Assembly (NCBI GenBank): GCA_003427395.1
Contig: BFEA01000026.1
Coordinates: forward strand, 2,246,223-2,310,222
Direction: 5' to 3'
Length of the DNA stretch: 64,000 bases
Source of the DNA: Chara braunii
Lineage: Eukaryota > Plantae > Charophyceae
Shown: in pieces, positions 50,633 through 64,000 of the stretch
Layout of the letters: every line of letters starts with the position of its first letter
How positions within the stretch are numbered: the stretch's first letter is position 1
Made by a program: the position numbers and the translations under genes
The notes under the pieces: generated by a model
Told to the model about the DNA's origin: nothing
The model's input: the letters and a program-made list of their open reading frames with translations, nothing else
Databases searched by the model: none

Positions 50633-50980
50633 TCTAGCGGTTAGACTTCGCAAGTGCCGTGGATCGATTCTCGTTTTACAATTGTCAGAGCCTCAGTTTA
50701 AATTTTCCGTCTCGATTTTTATTATTATTATTTTTTTTCGTTTTGAACTCGATTTTTATTATTATTATTTTTTTTGTTTCGAATTTTAGGTTGCGGATTT
50801 CAATGTTATTTTAATTTAGCGGATTAAAATGTGTAGTTCTAACGTTTAGACTCGGCAATTGCCGTGGATCGATTCTCGTTTTACCATTGTCAGAGCCTTA
50901 GTTTAAATTTTGCCGTTTCGATATTTTTATTTTTTTAGTTTTCCATTTCGAATTTTGGGTTGCGGATTTCAATGTGATTA
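50633..50980. repeat. Degenerate ~200-bp tandem duplication
   Basis: gccgtggatcgattctcgtttta...gttgcggatttcaatgt occurs twice. Confidence 0.8.
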
Positions 50981-51093
50981 TCGGATTTCAGTAATGATAG
51001 ATGAAAAATACATTGGTCAATATGAATTGTTCGACAATAATTTGTCTAAATTCGTCGCTCTGATTTCTTCGACAGTAATTTGTCAAAGTTGGT

Positions 51094-51162
51094 TTCCCGG
51101 CCTTAGTTCTCCAATTTTCTATAATACAAACTGCGACTTCAAAAAAAAAAAAAAAAAAAAAA
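51094..51162 (+). mobile_element. Extremely 5'-truncated retroposed LINE tail with poly-A
   Basis: TSD AAAGTTGGT at 51085-51093 and 51163-51171; starts with a remnant of the LINE 3' motif (tcccggcct). Confidence 0.7.
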
Positions 51163-51423
51163 AAAGTTGGTCAGTCTGAGCACCCGGGGCAAGTCCTACT
51201 AGCAGGCGCTGAGGAAACCTCGACGCCTGAATCTGGACGTGTTTGTGGAGATGTGCAGAAATGGCTTCGAGTTTCCGCAACCGCACATCGCCACAAACAC
51301 GCCCAGATTCACCGCTAGTGGGACTTGGCCCCCGGGCCTGCAGTTGCCTTACTACCCGCCAAGCTTTTCCGAATCGCCAGCGCCCCACCTTCTCTCTTTC
51401 TTTCTTCTTCTTCTTCTTCTTCT

Positions 51424-51464
<41 letters not shown>

Positions 51465-51832
51465 CAACCAATAACGGAGGCCGGGGACCTCACAATTCAA
51501 CCCGGAGTTATCCCGGCAGCATCAGCCGGTTTAGCTTACAGCCCCAGGCTGGACATCATCTACCCATTACTACTCCTTCACTGTGTCCTTTCTTGCTATC
51601 AAACTTGTAAAAATACCTTGTCAAAATTGAGACGAATAAGCTAATAAACCAAAACTCACCTTCTAACTGCTACTGTGTTCTCTTCTAATCACTGGAATCT
51701 TATACGCGTCCTGCAACCTTACAGCTACTTCTAATTTACACAACCAGTACTACACTCTCCCTGTCTTTCAAACAATTCACATTTCTCTGACACCAACTAT
51801 ACCCTCGTCAATCCTGCGAACCTAACTCGATT

Positions 51833-54800
51833 CTAATCCTGCTCTACTCTTCCTTGTAACAACCAAGGGGTAAGTGAGAGTTTGCCTTCTGCTGAGACTG
51901 ACGCCAGCCTGCCTTCTGTGGCCCAGGTGTTCTGAAACCAAGACAGACTTCCCTTTTGATGTTGCTTAACGCTCAGCCAGTCTGCATAAATATTCCGTCG
52001 TAATAGTGCAAAAAATCTACTTGTCTGTTCAGGAAAGGACTGGGATTCCTTTCTGAAAAGCAGATTGTTTCTGGCACTCCAGATTACTTCCATTGCTACA
52101 CCTCTACAAACCAGCGCGACGTACCCCCAGCCCCTCAGAAGGTCCTGGTCCTCCGGACATAATCCCTGGATTATCCATTCATACGACCACTGAAAACTAT
52201 CTCCTGAGATCTTCCTCCAATGTTTTTTCCACCAGTCCCAGAACTGGGTTGACAGGGGGCAATACAACCACAAGTGACTGCTCGTTTCCCAACCCCAACT
52301 ACATCTACAACATTTTTCATCTATTTCCATTCCCCTGGAGACTAGCCATGATGCAGACGCAGTGACCGACATCGACTGAGTCCACATGATACTTGCTTGT
52401 TTCTGAGATGGAATCCTTGCCAAAGCCTTCCATAGCTTATATAGATTTATATTGCCTAGTAGCTGGAAACCGGGCTCTTTCAATATTCTCTCGCTAGCCG
52501 TTGTAATGGCTTGGGTCTTTCTTTTAGCCTGTAAGACTCTCACTCCTGTTTTAGTTTTGTAGAACAGTACAGGAGAAAGGGCTCCCAAGACCTCTGTGTC
52601 CTTCCACCCGTACAGTAGGGGTTCCACTTGAAGCAACTCCGGAGAGCGAGTAAGTAATAGCTTCCCGGCTTTCTCTGATCTTGGCGCCCACACTCTTACC
52701 TCCTGGAGCTCCTCTGATGAGTGAATACTTTTTTCTCCCACATATCTCAATTTGGAGCCAGCCTTGTGGTTCAAGTGTTCAAAAGTTGCACTTCTATCCC
52801 TGGTCGAGTTCCGGGCCCAGAATCCTCGAGCATCTTCCGGGTCTTCCCACCACGTGTCTGGTGGTTTTTCTCCCTTACTCTTCAAAATGGAGAGCCAGTA
52901 CTCAGGTATTGATTGCTGCAGTTTGTATAGGTTGTCGGGGACGCTCTGCATATGTCTTAGTCTTACTCGTATTGACTCCGCACTCTGCCACTCCTTATTT
53001 TGCGTATCCCAAATATCCTTTACCTGTACCACTCCCCGTTGCACCCATTGCCGACCAAAGGAACCCCTGCCGCCATCTGCAGAGAAGGAAGAACCATCTT
53101 CCTGTTTTATGAACTCATTCTCAAACAGGATTTGGTTCAAAATCTCGTGCTTGGTCGCAGGGGGGGTCTGATGGGTAGGGAGATCTCCTTCCAGGCTCGT
53201 AAAATATTTCTCCAGGTCCTGGACTTCGGTTTTCTTCTTGTAAGTGAAGGGATAAACAAACACACCCATACATGTGCTGCACAGGTCAGCTTCCATTCCT
53301 TCACCAAGATATCCTCCGCTAGTTGGACCCATAACTTTAATCTGTTCCCGAAGACTGCTGAAATGACCCACTTACTCAGTAGCCCTTTATTTTGTTGAAC
53401 AGTATCCAATACCCCCAAACCACCCCTATCTCTAGGGGCCGTAATCAAGTCCCAGGCCACTTTAGTTAGGTATCCTTGGTGTTCTGATGCCGCCGGTTTC
53501 CATAAGTACCGCGCCGCACATCTCTTGATACTTGAGTACGCTTCTTCCCCCAATAGGTGAATTGTCAGCGGGTACCAGAGCAGTGAGAGGGAAGCTGAGG
53601 ATAGGACCAAGGCTCTTCCGTACAGCGAGAGCTTATGATTCCTCGCCCAGCCTGCCACTTTTGCCGCAACTTTCTCCACCAAAAGTGAGTCTTGCACTCC
53701 TGCACAGTCCGTCAAAGAAACTTGCACTCCCAGAAAACGGTCAGCCGAATTTGCGGGGATTTGTCTCAGTCACCAATCAACACACAAAACCTTAGGTGGA
53801 GGGAGAAAATAGACTGATTTTTCCCAATTTATCGAAGCCTCTGACAACTCACAATATTTCTCCAAAACTGTCCTAAGTTCGGACATCGCCTCTGGGGAGT
53901 TCTCGCATGCGATGGTTAGGTCGTCCGCGATAGCTCCCCCTTTCCATTCGATACCTGAAGTCAGCTTCAAACCTTTAATTAAACTACTTGATCTAATATT
54001 TTCTAACAACACTTCTAATTGTATGACGAAAAGAAGGGGGGCCAGGGAGCAACCCTGCCTCAATGACCTGGAGAGACTGAATTCATTTGATAGTTTACCA
54101 TTGACTACTACCACCGAGCTTGCTTGGATTGCCCTGGCAAAGGCCTCGCCAAACCCCAATTTCGTCAATGTCGTGTGGACGAAGCACCAGCCTACCTTAT
54201 CATAGGCTTTTTCCATGTCTAGGAGTAAAACTGCCACGTCTCTTCTTTCTCTGCGTATAATTTCCAGTGCTTGTACAGTGGCGATTATATTTTCAAATAT
54301 CGATCTCCCCTGCACAAAAGCCCCTTGTTCCCACCCGACTAGATCTGGAAGCAGCTTAGCCAAACGAAGGGCCATTGTCTTAGCGAATAATTTGTAGATT
54401 ACATTCAATAAGGAAATCGGTCTCCAGTTTTTGACCTGTCTTTTGTCGCCCTTCTTATAGAGCAAAGTAATCATTCCTTTAGTAAAGCCGGGGGGGAAGC
54501 GCCCTGTCTCCAACGCTGTATTGTATATGTCGCACAAAAAAGGGGCGAAGGCCTCCCAGCAGGATAGGTACAATTCGATCGGAAGGCCGTCTAAGCCTGG
54601 ACACTTTCCTGTAGCCATTTGTTTGGCAGCTTGCCAAATTTCTCTCTGAGACATAGGTTTGTCCAAATCTTCTCTAGCTTCTGCTGAGATCTTCTTTACT
54701 ACCGGCTCCCAGAAGTCTAAGAAGGAGGCCAAATCAGTGTCCGGAGGGTCATACGGTCTCCTAGTGGCCACTATGTCTCTATAGTACTCAAGAGCATATG

Positions 54801-56380
54801 AGCATAGGTCCACTGTATCCGTAGCGACAGGGGCATTAATGGCAAATGGGTGGCATAACTCTCTGACGAGCGGTTTGGTTTGGCGCAACATCAACGATCT
54901 AAATATCATTTTCGTCATTCTATTATATCCTATAATACCTCTAACCCTCAAACGTTCCTGCCATTCTTCCTGTTTCTGAATTTCTAACTGTTCTAACTCA
55001 GAGAGTAGGACGTTCCTTTTCTCCGTCCAAAAGAAGTCTGCGAATGGGTCTGCGCCCATTTTTGCCTCAGCTTCCTTTATTGCTTTAACTAGAGACTTTT
55101 CCTTCCACGAGCGATTGACCGTCTTTATTCTTGAGAACTCTATTAATGCTGATTTAACTATTGATAGACCAGTCGCTGCCCATGTCTCTGTATTTGCTTA
55201 GCATTTTGCCATTTTTGCATATGCGTGTTTATCCTTGTATCACCCCTTTGTCCTTTTAAATCTGTACGTTGAGTCTAAAAGGGGGGCGATGGCGTTCAAC
55301 CATGTCCTTAGCCAGAACATCCATTAGTACTGCCTGATGGTCTGATAGAGTGCCCGTGCTATTTTCGCACCACATGGCTCTGTCCCAAAGTGATCCCCGT
55401 GCCATAAAAAAATCCAGTCTTTTCCTAGGAGCCGGGGTTGTTCTCGTGGGTTTGGGCCCATACCATGTGAACCCGTTTAATTCTGGGTTAAACAATCTAA
55501 AAACATCTGACAGCAGATGGGCTTCTGTGAGCTGAGACAAGATCAATGAGTCAGTTCTTAGTGGTTTCATATTCAAGGAATCTAGGTCTGGGTTGAAAAT
55601 CGTATTCCAATCCCCGACGATTAACAGATTATCTTTGTCCGGCATGTAGGCGGGCAGCTCCGCTAGGAATTTATTCCTATCTTGATAGTGCACCGGTGCG
55701 TAAACAGCCCTCACAGACCAATCTTCGTCTCCTATAGCAAATTTGATTCATGCGATCCTACCCTCTGGATCTACAAATCTATCGAGTTCCTCCATATCCA
55801 GATTTTCATCTATTAATATTGCAACACCACCCTTGGATCCCTGCGTCGGGGCCCACAACTGCGGGCCCTGCCACCAACCTAAATTATTTCCTATTTCACT
55901 CTCATTCAATTTTGTCTCCTGCAGACAAATAATTTGAACATTCTGCGAATAAATCCATTGTTTCAATCTTGCTTTCTTGCGTTTCCTATTTTTATCGCCC
56001 AACCCACGCACATTCCATGTCCCAAAATTTAATCCTTGGCGGAAGGACCATTTATAGGGTCCCTTCCGCGTCGGAGTTGGATGCAGTTCGGTTTGGCAGA
56101 CATCAGGGGGGTCCAGGTCTTTCGTCAGGGATTCTGCGAAGGGTACCGACGACAGAGTATCTGCAAGGTTGAGTTGCGTGATCCATTCTGTAATTACCTG
56201 TGCCGATATCTCTTCTGTGATTTCCACATTCTTTAATGTGTCAACTTCGACATCCAAAAAGTGAGCCAGCGGGATCCAATGGACCCGCTGTTCTTTCAAT
56301 TTCAGTCTCGAGTTGGCATCTCCTTTTAATACCACAAAGGAAACATGCAAAATGACTTTTCCTCCACTGAAAACTTTCAT
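51833..56380 (-). pseudogene. LINE ORF2 (AP endonuclease + reverse transcriptase + CCHC finger) broken by frameshifts/stops
   Basis: TWNVRG, CLQET, GGVAIL, VYAP, GDWN, RLDFF, SDH; RPISLLN, LLLDMEKAYDKV, LRQGCSLAPLLF, IADD; CCRC...HLWLYC. Confidence 0.93.
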
Positions 56381-56401
56381 GGCCGTTCTTCCTCTTTTCG
56401 G

Positions 56402-58466
56402 TTAAGGGAGAATAGTATAGGCACAACAACCTGCTAAGATTTTAGTCCCGATTTCCTTTATCAATCTTATGTCCGTTAGCGGTCCGTTCGAGGCCAGAGA
56501 TATAAGATATTGCATTTCATTCTTGTCCAACTTCGTCAGGATCATGGGACCATACTGTGACATGGTACAGATGAGCGGTACATTGAACTCCCTCGATAAG
56601 GCTTTGGCCTTGTCTACTCTTGAGATCGTCTTCATTGGTGGCGCAGAAGACAGCTGTTTCGCCAGGTGGCTTGATTGATCTTTGTTTTTTTGTGCTTGCT
56701 TACCTGCGAATGAGCTGCAATTTGGTTTCCCATTTCCTTTTGCTTCTCCTACCATGCCTTTTACCTTTTTGATTGGCGATCCCACTGTGCCTGTATCGAC
56801 GCTTTGTGGCTTCAACTGTAGTTGATCTTTCGATTCTTCTTTATCTGAGCTTAGGCTAGCCTCTCGACAGTCTGCAAATTCCTCTTCTGGAGAGGAGATT
56901 CCATTTATTTGTCTCGAGGCGGAGGACCCTCCAAGTTCTTTGGCTGGGGTCACCATCCCATATGCTACATTGTCATACATCTTGGAGGGACTTGGGACAT
57001 CGGTCATAGCCATTAGGTCGATCATTGCCCCCTCCTCCTCCTCTTCCCTCTCTCCCTCTCCTTCACTCCAAGAAAAGGAGTCGTCCTCCTGCAGGTCCTT
57101 TTCATCACTCAGAGTGTTGTACCCTCCATCTAAAGAATCCTCCTCTCCTTCTTCTTCTTCCTCTTCATCGTCTTCTTCTCCTGCTCCATCCTTTTCATGT
57201 GGTTTCTCCACTTGATCCTCCTCCTCCTCCCTTTTTCGCTTTTCTCTTCCAGCCCATTTATCCTCTTCCATATCATCCCGTGTGTCTTCACCCTCGTTCC
57301 CTTTCACACCGTTCTCGTTTCCTGCTTTCTCTTTTCCTGCTTCGTCGATTTCCATGTGTGAACCCTCCGCCCCTGTTGACCGCTCTTTCAAATTTGAAGA
57401 CTGTTTTTCCTTCTCCATGTCCTTCTTCCCCGTGCCCTCACCTTCCCCCTCCTTACCCTTCTCACTCGTGGGGAAGGGCGGATCTGGCGTATTAGCCTTT
57501 TCCCCGAGTGGTGTTTTCTCTTTTCCCCCGTGCCCTCACCTTCCCCCTCCTTAACTTTTTCAACCCCCGGACCGGGTGCCGGTTCTGGATCTTTACCTCT
57601 ACCCTTGCCCTTCACCTTGTCCGCGTATGAAGCTCCCTTTCTCTTCGGGCAATCCGGGTCATCTTCATAATGGAAGTGTTGTCTGCAATGGGGACACCAT
57701 GGCGTAGAGGCGCAAACTACCTCTATGTTTACATATCCATCTTTCCCCAGGTCTACTACCAGTTAACTTTTGTACCGTAGCCTCGCTGCCGACTCCAAGT
57801 CAAAACGAATGTTGACTAGGTCAGGCGAGGTTTGGTCTTTATACGCTGGGAAAAACCTGATTACTTTACCACAGGCATCCTCCACTGCGCCGAGAAGCGG
57901 AACGAGCGCTGCAACGGGAACTAACTGGCATCTTATCCAAAAGAATTTATGCCTCGCTACTTCCCGCCACTCCCAGAGCTCCTGCTCTGTCATCCACGGC
58001 CGAAAGGACATGGTGTACCGCTTGTTATCTAACGTGACTTTAGCCTCCCGTACCCGATGCATGTAGGTAGCTATTTCTTTGGCAGATGCCACGTAGGTAA
58101 CGAGATTCCTCCCCTCATTGTGGAACAAGCCCCTTTTGGGGGGGCTAATGGTGCTTCCTCTGAAGCCCACCCGTTTTCATAAAGACGAACGAGCCGTTTT
58201 TTAACATCAATAGACAGCGAGGTGGAGTCGTCACCAAAAAATACTGACACCGCATGCTCTCGGAGCCAATCTGCTTGAATCCGACAAACCTCCGGATTCA
58301 CAATTACCTTCACGAAATTGTCACCTACTTCCACGATATTTGGGGCCAATTTCTTCGGGAGAACCCCATCGGTATAACACTTGGATAGGATTCCCCGAAT
58401 CCGCTCCTTCTCCTCCTCCGACATTGCTGGAGGGGATTTCGCCGTACTCGTAGTGGGTTGGTCCAT
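56402..58466 (-). pseudogene. LINE ORF1 (fragmented) with zinc knuckle and acidic linker
   Basis: Fragments 58071-58466, 57763-58170 and 56402-57418 homologous to 43822-45681; WCPHCRQHFHYEDDPDC. Confidence 0.85.
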
Positions 58467-59471
58467 ATCCTCGTTCTACCCGTCGTTTTGGTCATGCACA
58501 ACTTATCAATTCCTCCTAACACAACAATTACAATTGATTCGTCTTAATCAAACGCTCTTAATAGCATAGGATAAGTCGTGAGTTGTCTATGGCTTCGAAA
58601 AAAGGGGTAAAACCAATCCCCCCACCCAGGTTTGTGAATCGTGGTTATACCATAGCCACTAGGGCTTTAAATAGCATCCGTCGTCATTCAAGGCTTCGTC
58701 CTCTCCTTGGTCGTCGCCAGAGTTGATGACCACTTCCGTAGAGCTACCCCGTATCTAAGCGCCAAGTCCAACTCTGTCCCCCGAATATTCCACGGGTGAA
58801 AACGCATCATAGCTACTATGGTGAGAGTAGCCTCGCTCGGGCTTGGCAGCCTCGGTATTTCCAAGGCCGACAAGCCCTGTGAGGAATGGGACTAAGCTCC
58901 GCCGCGTCGCCTCACCGAGTCGCCGCCATTGTTCCCAGTGGGAGTTCCGCGGAAAATTAGCGCAGCAAGCCGCATCGCGTCGACCCTCTCTCTTTCTTTT
59001 GGCTGGCGCCGCCAGCTGACGAGTTTCTTTTTCATTGAGGCTGGGCCGTGCACTGGCAGTCTCCGTTGTCACGTGGGGATGTTCGGGGATTGAGCCGAGG
59101 TTGTGCTCCTCGACCCCCGGGCCCCAGGGGTGCGGGGACTGCGGAGGGTTCAAATTTCGACCAAAAAAAAAAGGTTTCCCCGCACTGCCCGTGAGGACAA
59201 ATACGGGGAACCACTTTTTTTCCCCCTCCAATTTTCTTTTTTCCCCCGGTTACCCAAAAAATGAATAACTAGCGGAGTCCCGCCCCCCGCCTTGCNCCCC
59301 CGCCCCCCCGCCCCCGGCCCCGCCCCTTCACCTTCGCCCCTGCACTGCCCCCACCCGCCGCCAGCCCTACAGCCTTGCGCACACCCCTGCACTCGCCTCC
59401 GACCCCCGACCCCCGACCCCCGACCCCCGGCCACGGGGGCCGCCCACTGTCCAGTTCTCCTGCAGAAATTC

Positions 59472-59658
59472 CACCATATTGTCGTGAAGCATGTCCAAGT
59501 CTACCATATTGTCGTGCAGCATGTCCAAGTCTACCATATCGTCGTGCAGCATGTCCAAGTCTACCATACATATTGTCGTGCAGCATGTCCAAGTCTATCA
59601 TATTGTCGTGCAGCATGTCCAAGTCTACCATATTGTCGTGCAGCATGTCCAAGTCTAC
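59472..59658. repeat. 30-bp minisatellite, ~6 copies
   Basis: Unit ccatattgtcgtgcagcatgtccaagtcta. Confidence 0.93.
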
Positions 59659-62600
59659 AGATCGCCCTGGGTGACTAAGCACCAGAGCAGGAGAGGGCAC
59701 TGCGAGTAGCCTCTCACCCTCCCCCCCCACACCACAGGATCCACCAATCCCTACCACGACAGGGGAAGTTGGGGGTGCTCCAACAACCGAATCACCGGAG
59801 TATCACCAGATATCACCAGATGGGTGACCCCCCTCCTACTCGCTCACCCTTTGCATCACCCTCCTAAGAATGACAGAAGGGAGGGCGAGTAGATTCAGCA
59901 GATGGGACAGCGGGTGGCATGCCAATATGACACAGACCCACCTTCCCGCCCCCCCCCGCCGGCTGGCCTCTGCTCCCTATGCACAACACCCCTCACTCTG
60001 AAAAGGAGCTGGGCGGGGAGCCAACCCCGCAAACATTTGCAGATGAACGCAATAAGTTGCGCACCATCCTGGAGAAGGGGACATACTAGGAAACCCACAT
60101 CCTCTGCAACACGCTCGTACTCCCCCTAAGGAAGGAGGGCAGGTGGAAAATGGGAGCAGTGGAGGTGCAGCCCCAACGTAGGTATGGCTGTGTCACACTC
60201 AATGCTGCAGCCGCCTGATGGGCTCCTCCGTGTTGATGCCATTCTGGGGACTAGGAGTGATGAGGAAGAGGCAAAGAAATATATAGCAGAGAATTTTGGA
60301 GCTGGCGCTCAGGCCACCCTCAAAATGATCACTTCTTCGCACACAGAACGGGAGGTGTGAATACTATTTGATGCACCATGGGAGCAACCACCTGGCTCAA
60401 AATAGGGCTGGTGTTCCTGGCCGGAAGATGTAAAGAATTCTCAGTAGCAATTTCGTGAGACAAATACAAACAAGAAATGGAAATTCTTCACACTATACAA
60501 GACGGTGAATCCCAATCTGATCAGCAGACACTCAATCCCTTAGAGAATAATAACTACTAGAATTTGCAAACTACAGGTGGCAAGACATGAAAACTAGAGG
60601 CAGACTCAACCGACATCAGATGAAAGGATCAATGCCCTCTGCCTTCTTTGGCCTGGCCTGGGTCAGGGTAAGAAAGGCAGAGCACTAACGCCTTTCAAAA
60701 TCCCATTGACTCGAATCAGCCACTGTCCACCTCCACACCACAATGTGTGAAAGTGGCAAGGGCATTCTACAAGGACCTGTTCACATCACACATTCGGGAT
60801 CTGGACAGGGGCCAGGAGGGAGACAGAGATTGATGACTTCCTCACCCCCGGCACAACAGGCTTGTCACCCCAGAGCAGCACAGCCCTGGAACAACCGCTC
60901 CCAAAGAACGAAGTGCGGACAATCCTCTGACGTACCAACTTCAATGCTTGAATGAGCTTCCAAAGCCTTGGGTTCTGCTATTCTTTTCTTTTCAATCTCT
61001 AACAGGCTTTTGGGTACCTTCTTTTTTGACGGACGGGTGATGCATGGAATCAATGGCCGCTGAGGACCTCCCACTTCATAATATTTTCGCTTTCTCAAAA
61101 ATTTTGGAAATTTCCTTTGTTGTTCTTCAAAAATCCATGAACTTACGTCGGAATTATGCGCTCCTTAGCAAGTGCACTAGGAATTTTGTTCGACAGTTAG
61201 GAAAATTTAATCCGGAATTTGCGGGCTCACTTCCCGCTGAAGTGTCCTTTCTTGTTCACGAGTGTTCTCAAATCCGCCTTGGAAAGCTCGGTGAATTTTC
61301 CGAAGGAATCTGGATACGCGTAAGATTTCCGCGCGTCTAATTCAGCGTGCAGGTATTGCTTTTGGATTTTTCAATCTTGAACTAGATTTAGAGCTAGGAT
61401 GGACGAAGCGTAACTGTTTGCGGTGCCTTTTGGTTTCTGTACTAGCGCCATGCATGCAAACTTCCCCCTTTTCCCGCTGCATCCCAAAACATCTTCACCT
61501 TTCTCTCTTTCGTGCCTTCTTCCCTTGACCCGTAACTGTTTTCCTTTCCGTTTTCCTTTGCGCTTCTTGTTCCCTCCCTTTATCTGAATCTTGGTCCTGC
61601 CCTGCAATGTTCTTCGCACCCTCTCCTTTCCTGCCTTCATCCTCGTACAAGAAGTCCTTACCAATCCCCTCTCAGAGACTTCAAGCCATCAGACAACATG
61701 TAAGGAGAATTCATCCCCCCCACACTGTGATCTGATTGGCTGCGAAGAACTCAAGCGGATCAATATGGCTTTCCCAAGGCAATTAATCCCTATCTCCTCT
61801 TCTCTCCCTTCTACCTCCCCTTCCCTCTCTCCCGTCTTCTATCTCCCTCTTCGCAACTATAAAATCCGCAAGCGCATTCGAAAATCGCTCTCTCAACCCA
61901 TCTGCCAGATTCCGGGAAGTAGTGGCTAGGTGATGTGATGATCAGCGAGTCGGAAGTTGTAACGAGCCGACTGTAGTCTTGCAAGGCTGTGCGCAGGGTG
62001 GTCGCAACGGACTGCAGGATCTGGGCAAGACGGTGTGGAAACCAGGTCGGTGGGGTAACGATCGCTATGGTGTGGAGGTCGGTAGTACGTGGTGGCAAGA
62101 ATCGGCAGTACTCGCTTAAGGAAGGTGTGTGTGTTGACAGCGTGGTTGCATGGCCTAGGGCCATGGCATGAAAGCAGAAGGCCTGCACGCCTTATTCTTT
62201 GTCCTTTTCTCATTTTGGAAACTAAGTGCACGGCGAAGCGCCGATTTCTTTCAATTATGCGAGCGTGGTACTCTGCTTCTCTCCTTGGTTCATTTCTTTG
62301 GTCAAGTTACAACTCTGTCAATGCTCTTTCACTCTCTTTCTCTCTCAGAGTCTATGAATGATCGGATAATGTGACGTATTCTTCATCTTTGACTACATGC
62401 ACTTGATTTTTATGAATGGTTTATCCTTGTCTTTTTCCTCTCTGGAATGAATGCTAGATAGTTGTTTTTTTTTAATTGGGTTGAATTGCACAGACTCGCG
62501 CCTCTAGGTAGCCTATGTCATGACTTCGGGATAATGAGAACCTGGTGTTATTTTCTGTTCATTTCGATTGAATGACGGATTAAGTAGACAAGCACAATCA

Positions 62601-63309
62601 ACTCACTTATGCCATGTGGACTGTTTATATCGATCCGACTGAGCGCTGACTTCTCGTATCCCCACAGTGCCCTTTCCCGTACAATGAGGAAAGGACAAAT
62701 GTATGTGAGTGAGACGTAAGAGAAGTCGTCGCAAAGATCGGAGGGTGTTATTATTTTTCTCCCGAAACAAGGTGTTTAGGATTCGTTGGCACTGGTTATA
62801 TCATTGTTGATACTAATTTTCTGCCTTATTCCTTATTATTTCCTTTTAATAAGTCCATTGTCATCCTGTGGACGGCAGTGGCACCCCATTGGCCCAACAC
62901 TCTCTATAGCGATTGTCTACCGCACCAAGCGTTATCGGGATAGCGGGTTCCACTACCGGACACGTGGAGACGGCGAGCATAAGTAAAGAGCTACCAGGCT
63001 GCGACCTTCCACGTTGGATTCCGAACTCTGTAGTGAACGACCACAAGACTTAATTTGGAAACGAGATCCTACGTGCGTACCCCTGACTTTCCGTTCAAAA
63101 AGACGTCGAGTAGCGCGTATGGAAGTTCAAAGATACTTTTTGGATTAAACGAACGTTTGAAAGTCCCGCGCGCTTGTTCTTTCCCGCGCGACGATGGCCA
63201 TTTCTCGCTAAAATTGAAACCGCATGGGAGATTCCTGTTCTCTCGGGGTCTCTACATTCAATTTTCTCACAAAGACTGCTTTTAGCCTTTTTGCAAATTA
63301 TCTAACAGG

Positions 63310-63576
63310 CTATTATCAGAAAGTGTGGGAGGAGGGCCAGACAAGGGAGATAGTGCGTCACGACTTTATATAAGAAAGATGATTAATAAACAGACAAACT
63401 TACAAACCCATGACCCCGTTAATTTTGGTAGACAAAATGATCGCCAAAACCCTAACCAACAGGTTGCTTTCGGTGATGGAACATGTCATACACTCCACCC
63501 AGAAGGCCTTCCTCAAAGGACAACATATCTACGACAATGTCCTGTTGGTAAATGAGATGATCACACTCTCGTGTCA
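63310..63576 (+). pseudogene. Decayed LINE RT fragment running into an N gap
   Basis: Frame not in the ORF track: YKPMTPLILVDKMIAKTLTNRLLSVMEHVIHSTQKAFLKGQHIYDNVLL. Confidence 0.75.
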
Positions 63577-64000
63577 NNNNNNNNNNNNNNNNNNNNNNNN
63601 NNNNNNNNNNNNNNNNNNNNNNNNNNNNNNNNNNNNNNNNNNNNNNNNNNNNNNNNNNNNNNNNNNNNNNNNNNNNNNNNNNNNNNNNNNNNNNNNNNNN
63701 NNNNNNNNNNNNNNNNNNNNNNNNNNNNNNNNNNNNNNNNNNNNNNNNNNNNNNNNNNNNNNNNNNNNNNNNNNNNNNNNNNNNNNNNNNNNNNNNNNNN
63801 NNNNNNNNNNNNNNNNNNNNNNNNNNNNNNNNNNNNNNNNNNNNNNNNNNNNNNNNNNNNNNNNNNNNNNNNNNNNNNNNNNNNNNNNNNNNNNNNNNNN
63901 NNNNNNNNNNNNNNNNNNNNNNNNNNNNNNNNNNNNNNNNNNNNNNNNNNNNNNNTTCAAACGCTGGGTGAGGATCCTCCGCCAAATTGCAACAACCAAA

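Larger units (their letters stand above)
51390..59100 (-). mobile_element. Near full-length L1/Tx1-like LINE copy 3
   Basis: ORF1, AP endonuclease, RT, C-terminal zinc finger, 3' UTR and poly-A/(GAA)n tail at 51390-51460; 5' boundary approximate. Confidence 0.92.

Noticed and set aside
59900-60950. Possible very old LINE endonuclease remnant
   Set aside because: Only isolated motif-like traces; no frame could be reconstructed by eye

Overview
Eukaryotic, repeat-dominated window, probably from a streptophyte alga; the repeat style resembles Chara, but that is inference. The only clear host gene is an intronless formate--tetrahydrofolate ligase (47729-49672, +). Almost everything else is nested retroelement DNA. 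(i) A Ty3/gypsy (Athila-like, tRNA-Asp PBS) LTR family with TGTCG...CGACA ends. It is present as one 1.3-kb 5' LTR followed by a decayed tandem double gag, and as four giant non-coding LTR-like units (A 782-8267, E 12088-15267, B ~19149-33072, C 24755-32612). A and C are complete, 7.5 and 7.9 kb long, with 4-bp TSDs. All four giant units carry a rearranged sense+antisense LSU (25S/28S) rRNA cassette near their 5' end. A and B carry an array of seven covarying bulged hairpins whose loop changes in concert between copies. Most insertion sites are CpG-centred. (ii) An L1/Tx1-like LINE family (one near full-length copy, three partial copies, plus an unassigned LINE RT remnant at the window end) that appears ancestrally single-ORF, with an extra domain before the endonuclease and an IADD RT motif. 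Microsatellites, minisatellites and three N gaps fill the rest. All alignments were done by eye.
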